Positions 1 to 8,593 of a stretch of DNA of 42,412 nucleotides are shown here, piece after piece. Each line of letters starts with the position of its first letter. Positions within the stretch are counted from its first letter, which is position 1. This DNA is from a virus (taxonomy: Duplodnaviria; Caudoviricetes): positions 1-42,412 of the IMG/VR virus record IMGVR_UViG_3300032227_000612; one strand, given 5' to 3'. The notes under the pieces are model-generated. The model was not told where the DNA came from and ran no database searches. It saw only the letters and a program-made list of their open reading frames with translations. Made by a program: the position numbers and the translations under genes.

Positions 1-788
1 AATGTAGCAAGAGCTTCATCACCAATATCTTCAGCAATAATCAACAAAGGTCTATTTTCTGAATTTGCTTTAGTCAATACTTGCAACAACTCTTGTGCAG
101 TTGAAATACGACCATCATATAAAAGAATATATGGATTATCAAGCACAGATTGCATTGTTACATTGTTAGTTACAAAGTAAGGTGATTTATAACCACGATC
201 AAATTGCATACCTTCAACAATCTCTAATGTAGTTTCACCAGTCTTAGATTCTTCAATAGTAACAACACCTTCACGACCAACTTTATCAAGTGCTTCAGCA
301 ATTAAGTTACCAACTTCAGAATCGTTATTACCTGAAATAGTTGCTACTTGTTTAATTTGATCTTCTGAAGATATTTCTGTTGCTAACTCTTTAATCTCTT
401 TTACTACTTCATTAACAATCTTGTCAATCTCATTCTTGATCTCAACAGCGTTAACACCTTGACGAATTTCTTTAAGACCTTGCTTGATCATCTCAGTAGC
501 AAGAAGTGTAGATGTTGTTGTACCATCTCCTGCTTCATTTGCAGATTTAATACTAACTTGCTTAATAAGTTGTGCACCAAGATCTTCAATATCGTCTTCA
601 AGCTTATGAAATGCTTTAGCTACTGTTACACCATCTTTTGTAACTTTAACTTCACTATTTTGTTCACGAATTAATACTGTGCGTCCACCAGGACCTAGTG
701 TTGATGATACTGATTGATTTAACTTCTCTATACCGGAAAGTAACTTTTCTTTAAGCTCTGTTCCAAAAACGTTTTTTGTTGTACTCAT
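1..788 (-). CDS. groEL: Chaperonin GroEL (Cpn60), 3' end outside window
   Basis: Not in the ORF track because it runs off the edge. Manual translation from ATG at 788 gives [19 protein letters not shown]...[10 protein letters not shown]...[10 protein letters not shown]...[13 protein letters not shown]...[17 protein letters not shown], the canonical GroEL motifs. Confidence 0.97.
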   Translation of the reverse strand, partial: MSTTKNVFGTELKEKLLSGIEKLNQSVSSTLGPGGRTVLIREQNSEVKVTKDGVTVAKAFHKLEDDIEDLGAQLIKQVSIKSANEAGDGTTTSTLLATEMIKQGLKEIRQGVNAVEIKNEIDKIVNEVVKEIKELATEISSEDQIKQVATISGNNDSEVGNLIAEALDKVGREGVVTIEESKTGETTLEIVEGMQFDRGYKSPYFVTNNVTMQSVLDNPYILLYDGRISTAQELLQVLTKANSENRPLLIIAEDIGDEALAT

Positions 789-801
789 AGTCTTTTTTAA
801 T

Positions 802-1092
802 TTATTCTATAACTCCTAAAATATCTGATTCTTTACAAATGAAATAATCTTGTCCTTCAAATACGATTCTTTGTGAACCGAGTTTAGGGATTAACACTAT
901 TTCACCTTCTTCAATAGTCGACATAACTAGTTTGTCTGTGTTGTAATTGTAAACATTAGATGTTGCTACTACTTTTCCCATCTCAGGTCTTTCTTTACCA
1001 AGATCTGGGATAATAATGTTACCAAATGTTTCTTCTTCTGTTTCGATTGGCTTTAATACGATGTAGCCATTTAGTGGGGTTATTTTATTCAT
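802..1092 (-). CDS. groES: Co-chaperonin GroES (Cpn10)
   Basis: 96 aa; ITPLNGYIVLKP, mobile loop GNIIIPD, GKVVA, ESDILGVIE C-terminus; directly upstream of groEL. Confidence 0.93.
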   Translation of the reverse strand: MNKITPLNGYIVLKPIETEEETFGNIIIPDLGKERPEMGKVVATSNVYNYNTDKLVMSTIEEGEIVLIPKLGSQRIVFEGQDYFICKESDILGVIE

Positions 1093-1096
1093 ATTG

Positions 1097-1291
1097 CTAA
1101 TTTAATATTTGTAATTCATCTATTTTAATACAAAAATAGAGTAAGGCATCTTTTTTAAAAACTGCGTCTACTCCAAACCATGTTTTAAAATCATCAAGAT
1201 TTTTACCTTGTACAAACTCTTCTTTTAGAGTTCTTTTGATCTCAAACAAGTCTCCATTAATGTTAATGAAATTTCTGTGTAATTGAAACAT
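1097..1291 (-). CDS. Hypothetical protein (64 aa) in chaperone operon
   Basis: Fills the gap between hsp20 and groES; GTTATG start context shared with other genes here. Confidence 0.75.
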   Translation of the reverse strand: MFQLHRNFININGDLFEIKRTLKEEFVQGKNLDDFKTWFGVDAVFKKDALLYFCIKIDELQILN

Positions 1292-1323
1292 AACTGGTTG
1301 TAGGTAGGCCTTTTATTTATAAC

Positions 1324-1755
1324 TTATTTTAGTTGTTTTTTTGGAGTTGTAATCTCAATCTTTCTTACTGCTTTACCTTCAGCGGTTGGAATGTTTAGAG
1401 TAAGAAGGCCTTTATCTAACTGCGCCTCTAGTTTAGAAAGATCAAACTTAGTACTAATTTTCCAAGTTAAATCAAAGCTAGAACGCTTGATGCCTTTATA
1501 AATGACCGCCTCTTCAATTTCTGTTTGGGGCTTTTCATACTTAATACGAAGTTGATCATTATCGATTTGAATATCGATATCTTTTGAATCAAGACCTACA
1601 GCGGCTACTTCAAATTTAATGCCGTTAGGTGTTTCGTAAATGTCTACTGGATGTGTTACTTTCTGCGTGATTGCAGAGAATCGTGAATTGTTTTCGAATA
1701 AGTCTCGCCATAATAAATCAAATGGATCGAGCTCAAGTGGTCTCAGTGTTCCCAT
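1324..1755 (-). CDS. Small heat-shock protein Hsp20 (alpha-crystallin domain)
   Basis: PVDIYE...EVAAVGL...DIDIQI...IYKGIKRSSF...AQLDKGLLTLNIP...RKIEI pattern of IbpA-like sHSPs. Confidence 0.93.
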   Translation of the reverse strand: MGTLRPLELDPFDLLWRDLFENNSRFSAITQKVTHPVDIYETPNGIKFEVAAVGLDSKDIDIQIDNDQLRIKYEKPQTEIEEAVIYKGIKRSSFDLTWKISTKFDLSKLEAQLDKGLLTLNIPTAEGKAVRKIEITTPKKQLK

Positions 1756-1769
1756 GTTTTTTTGTTTTG

Positions 1770-1788
1770 TGTTCCCTTTCGGTGAACA
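1770..1788 (-). promoter_or_regulatory. 5' UTR hairpin with GAAA tetraloop upstream of hsp20
   Basis: Minus strand UGUUC-A-CC GAAA GG-GAACA: 7-bp stem, bulged A, GNRA loop, 14 nt upstream of the ATG. Confidence 0.6.
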
Positions 1789-1839
1789 ATTAATGATTGT
1801 TTATTTTATAACCTTGGCCTACCTACAGTACCATTTATT

Positions 1840-1858
1840 ATAAATATATACAAATATA
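1840..1858 (-). promoter_or_regulatory. Tandem promoter elements for the chaperone operon: TATATTTG (1851-1858) and ATATTTAT (1840-1847)
   Basis: TATATTTG matches the Bacteroidota sigma-A -7 consensus TAnnTTTG (no clear -33 TTTG seen); ATATTTAT is the recurrent phage motif. Confidence 0.55.
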
Positions 1859-1885
1859 AAATAGTAAAAAAATTAATTTTTAGAG

Positions 1886-2209
1886 TTACTTATCTTTTTT
1901 TTTATCATTCTTAGGAAACTCTCTTATTGGTGCAGTTTTAGGACTTCTTGGAGCAGATGGTGGTGCGGTTGGTCCGAATGTATTTCTCCTAGGTTGTTGA
2001 GGTTGTCTAGGAACTGGAATAGGTCTATCTCTATAAATTATAATCGGAGGTTCTCTTCTATAAAAGAAAGGATCTATATAACCTGGTACTACATAGATTG
2101 GATCCCAATCATACATTCTTCTTTGTCTATAGTCTATGTAACCTGTTGGTTCAGTTATGTAACAACTTGATAAAGATACTAAAAATAAAATTATAAGTGC
2201 CTTTTTCAT
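1886..2209 (-). CDS. Putative lipoprotein with Pro/Arg-rich tail
   Basis: Start moved to ATG at 2209: MKKALIILFLVSLSS-C is a signal peptide II with lipobox; ATATTTAT 4 nt upstream. Confidence 0.75.
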   Translation of the reverse strand: MKKALIILFLVSLSSCYITEPTGYIDYRQRRMYDWDPIYVVPGYIDPFFYRREPPIIIYRDRPIPVPRQPQQPRRNTFGPTAPPSAPRSPKTAPIREFPKNDKKKDK

Positions 2210-2223
2210 AATAATAAATATTG

Positions 2224-4527
2224 TCAATGTCCGTCGCGTAAATTGGAAGCTAGTGTTGGAGGTGCTTTCAAGTCAATACTAAGTTTAGTAGTGTTCTCCA
2301 TCAAATCCTGGACAATCCTGGCCGCTTCTTCTGATCTGGCTTGTTCTACCTCAATAACTAATTGGTCATGGATCTGGGCACATACCCAGCCGCGTATACC
2401 TAGTTCTATGAACTTTCTATTGATAGCCAATGCTGCACGGTTAACGATTGATGCTGCAAGACCTTGGATCTGTACGTTACAAGAGTTGTTTAGTCCATTA
2501 ATGTAGTCTCTACTAAGGTTCTTAATTTGATCTACACCGTACTGTCTTTCCATTTCTTTTTTAATGTTCCAATCAAGTAAGTCATCACCAATCTTGTCAT
2601 AGATTGATTTTACTTTAGGAAGATGACGAATTCGTCCAACTTGAGTACTAACGTATCCTTTTTCTTTAGCTTGCTTTTTAGATCTTTCCATCCAGTTCTT
2701 AAGTTCAGGAAACCCGTTTAAGTAGCCATCAATAAGCTTCTTAGCTTCTTTAGTAGGAATACCAAGAGTCATGCCAAGTGCATATGCTCCCATACCGTAA
2801 GGAATACCTAGAGCGTAGGCCTTTGCTTTATTTCTTAACTTAGGTTCAAGCTTACGAAGAAAGTTGGGTGCTTTTTTATCTGGTGAATATTGACCTAGCT
2901 TTTCTGTTTTGATTGCGATAGTAGAATAGAAGTCCCAGTTATTTCTAAAAATGTCTTTTAGTCCTTCATCACCAGATACGTGAGCGAATGTGTGAGGCTC
3001 AAGTGATTCATAGTCGCAATCTACAAATATGTTTCCTTCATCGTGAATAAAGAATGCTCTAATCAAGTTATTATATTCAATTACAATTGGTTCATCATCA
3101 CCTTCTTCTTTAGGTCTAGGAAGCTGTTGTGCATCTGAACCATATCGGCCTGATACTGTACCATGTTGTTTATAATAGAAGTAGTATCGACCATCTTCTT
3201 GAGCATCTAAGAAGCGATCCATATAAGTACTCTTAATCTTTAATAGTCTATTGTAGATACGTAAGTTCTTTGCCCATTCGTATTTGCCTGCTATTGATTG
3301 AACTGTATCATCATCAAATTGAGGTTTTCCTGTTTTTGTAGTAGACAAAGGTTTAATACCTAATACACCAAAAGCAATCTCACCAAGTTGATCTTTAGAC
3401 TGAATATTAAAATAAGCTCCGTCATTATCTTCTCTCCATAACTTCATACTAATCTTCATACTAACATCACGATCTAATACAGCAGCATCACCATGTATTA
3501 AAAAATGTTTAGCAGAACATTCAGGAAGTCTCATTAACGCAGACTTAGTTACTGTATACTTACCAGTCTTAGCAGATTGTTCTAGATCAAACTTCATTTC
3601 TTTGACTAGTTCTTGAGCAAATGTACCTTTATTATTTGGTGGATATGCATCTTGAGCTTTATATACTACCCATGCTCTAACATCAGGATTTTTAAGTAGT
3701 TCTTTTGTTACTAAATCAGCATACTCTTTTAGCTTTTCTGTAATTTTAGTACGACTAGATTTTATCAACTCCATGTCAAGCTTAATACCAACTTGTTCCA
3801 TAGGAATAGTAACCTCTTTGTAGAGTGGCATTACTTCATCTTCAAAAAAGAACTTTTCAAGGTTCTCATCTTTAAGTGTTTTAATAAAATGATTATAAAC
3901 TCTAAGAGTTAAATCAGTATCTGCTGATGCGTATTCTGAAAGTAGTTCGAGGTCTGCTTTCCATATTTCATAATTCTCTCGTGTTATCTGACCGCCATTT
4001 CTTTTTATTGATTCTTTAAGAGCTACTTGCTCTTCATTAGCAGCTTTTTCTACATCTAAACCAATATCTTTTTGAATCATCTTAGCAATGTCTTTAAGAC
4101 CGAATGCAGAACCTCCCATAAAACCAGCGCCTTCTTCTTTTACAGTATGAACAAGAAGCATTGTATCTACATAAAGACTTGATAGTAAATCTACATCATA
4201 AAAACATTTAACGAATTTAACGTCAAATGATGCGTTGTGCATGATTAGTTTTTTACCAATAAGTAGAGAGATTGTTTTCTTTGCAAGATCATGTGCTAAT
4301 TTACCTTCAATAATAGCATCTTGAAGTTCATCATCTTTGAATATCATAGTTGGCATATAGTATCCTTTACCAACTTCACCAGAGACAGAAAAACCAATGA
4401 TCTTACCTTTACGAGGATTAAGACTATTGGTCTCAGTATCAAATGCAATTATTTCACACGACTTTATATGTTCGATTAACTCTTTTAATTTGTCAATCGA
4501 ATCAACTGTAACATAACTTTTATTCAT
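2224..4527 (-). CDS. polA: Family A DNA polymerase with 3'-5' exonuclease domain
   Basis: ExoI FDTET, ExoII HNASFD, ExoIII YASAD; motif A DYESLEPH, motif B RNKAKAYALGIPYG, motif C QIHDQLVIE. Confidence 0.96.
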   Translation of the reverse strand: MNKSYVTVDSIDKLKELIEHIKSCEIIAFDTETNSLNPRKGKIIGFSVSGEVGKGYYMPTMIFKDDELQDAIIEGKLAHDLAKKTISLLIGKKLIMHNASFDVKFVKCFYDVDLLSSLYVDTMLLVHTVKEEGAGFMGGSAFGLKDIAKMIQKDIGLDVEKAANEEQVALKESIKRNGGQITRENYEIWKADLELLSEYASADTDLTLRVYNHFIKTLKDENLEKFFFEDEVMPLYKEVTIPMEQVGIKLDMELIKSSRTKITEKLKEYADLVTKELLKNPDVRAWVVYKAQDAYPPNNKGTFAQELVKEMKFDLEQSAKTGKYTVTKSALMRLPECSAKHFLIHGDAAVLDRDVSMKISMKLWREDNDGAYFNIQSKDQLGEIAFGVLGIKPLSTTKTGKPQFDDDTVQSIAGKYEWAKNLRIYNRLLKIKSTYMDRFLDAQEDGRYYFYYKQHGTVSGRYGSDAQQLPRPKEEGDDEPIVIEYNNLIRAFFIHDEGNIFVDCDYESLEPHTFAHVSGDEGLKDIFRNNWDFYSTIAIKTEKLGQYSPDKKAPNFLRKLEPKLRNKAKAYALGIPYGMGAYALGMTLGIPTKEAKKLIDGYLNGFPELKNWMERSKKQAKEKGYVSTQVGRIRHLPKVKSIYDKIGDDLLDWNIKKEMERQYGVDQIKNLSRDYINGLNNSCNVQIQGLAASIVNRAALAINRKFIELGIRGWVCAQIHDQLVIEVEQARSEEAARIVQDLMENTTKLSIDLKAPPTLASNLRDGH

Positions 4528-4539
4528 AACTATTTATTG

Positions 4540-4731
4540 TTATTGGTCTCCGTCTTTATTTTTATAAGGAAACAAATCATTTAACTTTTCTTGTCGCTTT
4601 TTACATCCACAATCTTCTTTACCCATTGCATGTGCAACTTTCTCTGCCACAATATCTAAACCAGTAGCGTGGGTAATTTTAGCAATGGTATCTCCTAAGC
4701 CTTTTGATTCTTCATTTGTCTTGTTTTCCAT
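4540..4731 (-). CDS. Small phage protein with GLGD...DCGC motif
   Basis: SKGLGDTIAKITHATG...EDCGCKKRQEKLN, a recurrent small phage protein pattern; tightly packed with neighbours. Confidence 0.75.
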   Translation of the reverse strand: MENKTNEESKGLGDTIAKITHATGLDIVAEKVAHAMGKEDCGCKKRQEKLNDLFPYKNKDGDQ

Positions 4732-4915
4732 CTATATCTTTTTTTATTTTTTCTAACATATTACCAGCAGACATAGCTAATATACTAATTTGCGACCAAA
4801 TATCTTCTAATTCTTTTTTTAGTTTAGCCATTTTTCTCCACTGAATTACTTGAATAAGCATTAAAATTAAAGTAACAGTTAAATATAAGTATTCTGAAGT
4901 TATCGTAACCGTCAT
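4712..4915 (-). CDS. Small membrane-anchored coiled-coil protein
   Basis: N-terminal hydrophobic helix YLYLTVTLILMLIQVIQW followed by a charged helix. Confidence 0.7.
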   Translation of the reverse strand: MTVTITSEYLYLTVTLILMLIQVIQWRKMAKLKKELEDIWSQISILAMSAGNMLEKIKKDIDGKQDK

Positions 4916-4917
4916 AT

Positions 4918-5118
4918 CTATGTTTTATCAAATATAAAATTTTTTTCTGAACTTGAGTCTTTTTTCTTTGTAGTACCCTTTATATACTCTGGGTCATATG
5001 GATAGTGTCTACACTTTGAACCACAACAAGATCCTCTTTGTAAATGAAACAATTCTGTAAAGACCACTCTACCGTTTTCTAAGTAATAGTGGACGTTCTC
5101 TATCACTTCTTTTTTCAT
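4918..5118 (-). CDS. DUF5522-like cysteine-rich small protein
   Basis: YYLENG.VVFTE.FHLQRGSCCGSKCRHYPY resembles the RG.CCG.GCRHCPY signature. Confidence 0.75.
   Translation of the reverse strand: MKKEVIENVHYYLENGRVVFTELFHLQRGSCCGSKCRHYPYDPEYIKGTTKKKDSSSEKNFIFDKT
4929..4936 (-). promoter_or_regulatory. Candidate Bacteroidota-type -7 promoter element TATATTTG upstream of the polA operon
   Basis: Exact TAnnTTTG 13 nt upstream of the ATG at 4915. Confidence 0.45.
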
Positions 5119-5140
5119 TCTATAATAATGTTAATAGGAC

Positions 5141-6340
5141 TTATATCAATGAAGTCCAAGTGCTGCCATTCCAAAAATAAGGTTTACAATTTATTCCACT
5201 TCCTGAAACAGCTATTGAACCAGTAGCTACTCCTGACGGTAAAGGATTTCGAGGGGGTAAAGTTAATAAACTAGTTATTTCAACTGAACCTGTTACTATT
5301 AGTCCGTTTGTATATCTACCAGAACCAGATACGTCAAGATTAAATTGAGGAAGTGGTTGATTAATACCAATACGACCATTTACTGAACCTGAAAATGGAT
5401 TTGATTCTGTCTCTGAATATGATCCTGTTGCAAATATTATACCTCCTAAATTTATAGAGTCTTTTCTATTTTTTTCAAGAGTTATATTAGTTCCAATAAT
5501 AATATTATTAGATCCTATGCTGCTATCAGTTAGTGATGGATCAGAACCTGCATTATACCCTATTAGGGTTGAATATGATGAAGTTATACTTGCACCTGCT
5601 TGAAACCCTATAAAATTTGAATATCTAGAAGAACTAGCTTGAAGTCCTGCACTTTGTCCTATAAAATTAGAGTATCGTATATTTTTAGAACTATCTCCAG
5701 TATTTTCTCCTATAAAATTAGAGTTAAGAATATCTAAACTATTTTCTCCTGCAGATACACCTAAAAGATTACTATATCTTACATTATTACTAAGTATTCC
5801 AGAATCTCTACCTATAAAATTAGAATTACTTCCTGTTTTAGCCAAATAACCTGCCCAGTCTCCTATAAAATTAGAATTGTTAGAAAATTCAGTTTGATAA
5901 CCTGCTTTAGTTCCTATAAAATTAGAATCATCTGATTCTACTGATTGATATCCGGCTTGATTTCCTATAAAATTTACACTAGCTGTAAAATCTCCTAAAT
6001 TATCATTATAAGATACACTAAAATTAGATTGATATCCTGCTTGATAACCTAAAGAAATACCAAAAGTAGTATATGTTGAATCTTGTCCAGATCCTTTTCC
6101 TAAAAATATATTTTGGTTTGTATTAAAATTATTACCAGCATTAGGACTAACAGAATATAAAGTACTACCGGTTACTGCTATAGGATATGATGAACTTATA
6201 GAAGAAGATACTTGAGGAAATGATTTAGCTAAATCTGCTATTGTTATTTTTGATGTAGCAGAAGATGCAACTGTAGGAAGTATATCTGTTCCTAATACAC
6301 TAGAGACTTGGGGTAATTGAGTTATTTTAACATTAGCCAT
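5141..6340 (-). CDS. Fibre/spike-like virion protein with 14-aa beta-helical repeats
   Basis: N-terminus MANVKITQLP...TDILP.V...TSKITIADL typical of phage fibres; tandem (S/V)NF(I/L)G..AG repeats at 14-aa spacing; GRIGINQ..P...LDVSGSG module. Confidence 0.7.
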   Translation of the reverse strand: MANVKITQLPQVSSVLGTDILPTVASSATSKITIADLAKSFPQVSSSISSSYPIAVTGSTLYSVSPNAGNNFNTNQNIFLGKGSGQDSTYTTFGISLGYQAGYQSNFSVSYNDNLGDFTASVNFIGNQAGYQSVESDDSNFIGTKAGYQTEFSNNSNFIGDWAGYLAKTGSNSNFIGRDSGILSNNVRYSNLLGVSAGENSLDILNSNFIGENTGDSSKNIRYSNFIGQSAGLQASSSRYSNFIGFQAGASITSSYSTLIGYNAGSDPSLTDSSIGSNNIIIGTNITLEKNRKDSINLGGIIFATGSYSETESNPFSGSVNGRIGINQPLPQFNLDVSGSGRYTNGLIVTGSVEITSLLTLPPRNPLPSGVATGSIAVSGSGINCKPYFWNGSTWTSLI

Positions 6341-6342
6341 TA

Positions 6343-6654
6343 TTACAAAATTATGTTGTTACCATCCTCTGTTGTGAGGGTGTCATTTAATTCAGTAGCC
6401 AAATAACTAACTATAGTATCTACAAATCCTGCTTGAGTCGTACCTGGTAAGATATTAGGAATTACTTGACTATCAAAACTAGAAACAAAAGACTCTTCTG
6501 GAATTACTTCGTCTTTTAAATGTCTTGTAGATGTATAATATCCTGGTCTTGTTACTGTATCAGGCATAAATTTAGAAGCCTTTCCTACCAAAAAAGTTGA
6601 ATTTCTTTGATTAGGATTGGCTCCTAAAGGGAATATGCTATTGTTTTTGGACAT
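6343..6654 (-). CDS. Hypothetical virion-associated protein
   Basis: Ends YLATELNDTLTTEDGNNIIL, a motif type often preceding fibre genes; ATATTTAT upstream at 6671-6678. Confidence 0.65.
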   Translation of the reverse strand: MSKNNSIFPLGANPNQRNSTFLVGKASKFMPDTVTRPGYYTSTRHLKDEVIPEESFVSSFDSQVIPNILPGTTQAGFVDTIVSYLATELNDTLTTEDGNNIIL

Positions 6655-6677
6655 TTTTACATTTACTGTAATAAATA

Positions 6678-8528
6678 TTAGACGATCTCACATGCCCCTC
6701 CTGCACAGGCTAATTCACCTTTTTGATCAGTGTTATCTTCAACTTCAACTACTCTACTAAGATCTACTTCATGAAGTTTACCGACAATCTCATTAAATTT
6801 TTCTTCAGTGATAGTTTCAAAAGGAGCTTGAACATACGAACCATTATCATAAGGTAAACAAGACAAGGCAGTGTAGTTATTTCTATTTGCCCATGCCCAC
6901 TCACCAACTTCTGGCCATTCTTCTGGTTTAAGAGAGATTGTTACAGATACATTGTGAGTATTACGACCTGTTCTATGTCCTGGTTTAATCCATTCTTTAT
7001 GTAGCTTTTCAAGTCTATGAAGCAAATCAATTGCTGATTCAGATCTTGTGATTGCTCCTTCAGGTGCTTTTTGTGGAACAGATACTACAGCTTGTGATTG
7101 AGGCTTGAAGTATTCATCTTCTACCAATTCAGGATGATTAATATAAAGGTAAGTATAAAGAGCTTCATTCTTACCAAGTCTCATTCTACGAATATAGAAA
7201 TTATCATGCCAAGCGTGTACACCAGATGATGTTCCTAAAACCATCGATGTTGTTCCTGAAGGTTTAACTGTTGTGCATCTTGCAGCTTTATTAACTCCGA
7301 TAACTTTTGCAATTCTTTCGTTTTCTTCTTTTACTATTTGAGCAGCTTCTTTCATGTTTAATTTTAATACTGCACCTGAAGCAATACCTGTCATACCAAT
7401 ACCAATCAATGCATCTTTTTCTGTTGTTCTTTTCCAAATATCACGAAGATAATGGAAATCTGTATATGAAGCTTGAAGAGTACCAATAAATGCAGCGGCT
7501 CTAGCTCTTTCATTTAAATCTTCTTGAGACTCTAAATTAGATACATTAACTTCACACAAGTTACAAAATTGGAATGGTCTAAGTGCAATCTCAGCACATG
7601 GATTAGTTCCCCAATCTTTATCATTAGTTAAGAAAAAGCCAGGTTCACCTGCGTTAGATAATTCAATCTTTTTCCAAAGCTCCATGAATTCTTCTTTCTG
7701 AATACGATCACGGAGTATAGTTGCTGAATTATTTGCACGTCCTCTTTGAGGATTTTGCTCCCACCAATTACCAAACTTAGACGTAAGCATTTCTTCATCA
7801 TTGAAAGAGAATAGGCTAATTAATGCTGCACGACGAATACCACCAGACAATACAGCATCTGCAATATAACAAATAATATCATGACACTCAATTGGCTTTA
7901 ATTTGTCGCCGGTTTCTTTACGATCAAGGATTTTTTGTATCTGGAATAAACACTCTTTTAAAGGTTCAGGACCGGGAGCTTTACCACCTGCTGTAATTAA
8001 CATTGCACCTTTTGGTCTAATATCACGAAAATCAAATTTAGGTCTAGGTCCACCTACAAGATAAGACTTCATTAATATTTTAACTGCATCAGCCCAACCT
8101 TCAATAGAGTCTCCAACTAAAAATCTTTTTTCTTTAATTGGCTTAATGATCTCAGGAAGTTGATCAACATGATGATGTTGAACAGAATATCCTACTCCGC
8201 AACCTCCTAAAAGAAGAAACATTATTTCTGAAAATACACGCCAGTCATCAATAGGAGCAAAAGAGCAGTTAAATATACGAGCATTATTAATTTCAATGGG
8301 CTTACCCGCAAATTGCATTGAGCGCATTGACGGAAGAATTTTTTTATCATATACAAGTTTATAAACGTCTTCAATTTCATTAAATAAAGAAGGAAACTTT
8401 TGTTGATGCATTTCCTTATTTCTTGTAACTATCTCATTCCAGGTTTCACGCCTTTTAAATTCTGGTAAATATTTAGCATATTTGTTGTAAACCGTAATCT
8501 CAGATAAGATTTGTTGCGTGATGTCCAT
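6678..8528 (-). CDS. nrdJ: Class II (adenosylcobalamin-dependent) ribonucleoside-triphosphate reductase
   Basis: FNC, GCGVG, GGIRRAA, TNPCAEI, FCNLCEVN, TTVKPSGT and C-terminal ACAGGACEI redox pair; compact 616 aa; no small subunit gene nearby. Confidence 0.92.
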   Translation of the reverse strand: MDITQQILSEITVYNKYAKYLPEFKRRETWNEIVTRNKEMHQQKFPSLFNEIEDVYKLVYDKKILPSMRSMQFAGKPIEINNARIFNCSFAPIDDWRVFSEIMFLLLGGCGVGYSVQHHHVDQLPEIIKPIKEKRFLVGDSIEGWADAVKILMKSYLVGGPRPKFDFRDIRPKGAMLITAGGKAPGPEPLKECLFQIQKILDRKETGDKLKPIECHDIICYIADAVLSGGIRRAALISLFSFNDEEMLTSKFGNWWEQNPQRGRANNSATILRDRIQKEEFMELWKKIELSNAGEPGFFLTNDKDWGTNPCAEIALRPFQFCNLCEVNVSNLESQEDLNERARAAAFIGTLQASYTDFHYLRDIWKRTTEKDALIGIGMTGIASGAVLKLNMKEAAQIVKEENERIAKVIGVNKAARCTTVKPSGTTSMVLGTSSGVHAWHDNFYIRRMRLGKNEALYTYLYINHPELVEDEYFKPQSQAVVSVPQKAPEGAITRSESAIDLLHRLEKLHKEWIKPGHRTGRNTHNVSVTISLKPEEWPEVGEWAWANRNNYTALSCLPYDNGSYVQAPFETITEEKFNEIVGKLHEVDLSRVVEVEDNTDQKGELACAGGACEIV

Positions 8529-8569
8529 TTTAGTGTTTATTTATTTAAGTTTAAAAAATAGTTTAGCCC

Positions 8570-8593
8570 CTAGAAGGTTTCTTTTCCTTCTAG
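8570..8593 (-). promoter_or_regulatory. Hairpin in the nrdJ leader
   Basis: CTAGAAGG-8nt-CCTTCTAG perfect 8-bp stem; the U-run lies about 11 nt away, so it is not a textbook terminator. Confidence 0.45.

Larger units (their letters stand above)
1295..1833. repeat. Inverted repeat pair bracketing hsp20 (arms 1295-1310 and 1816-1833)
   Basis: TGTAGGTAGGCC (1299-1310) is the exact reverse complement of GGCCTACCTACA (1816-1827); extends by TGGT/ACCA after a 2-nt bulge. Both arms are intergenic and GC-rich in an AT-rich background. Confidence 0.85.
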
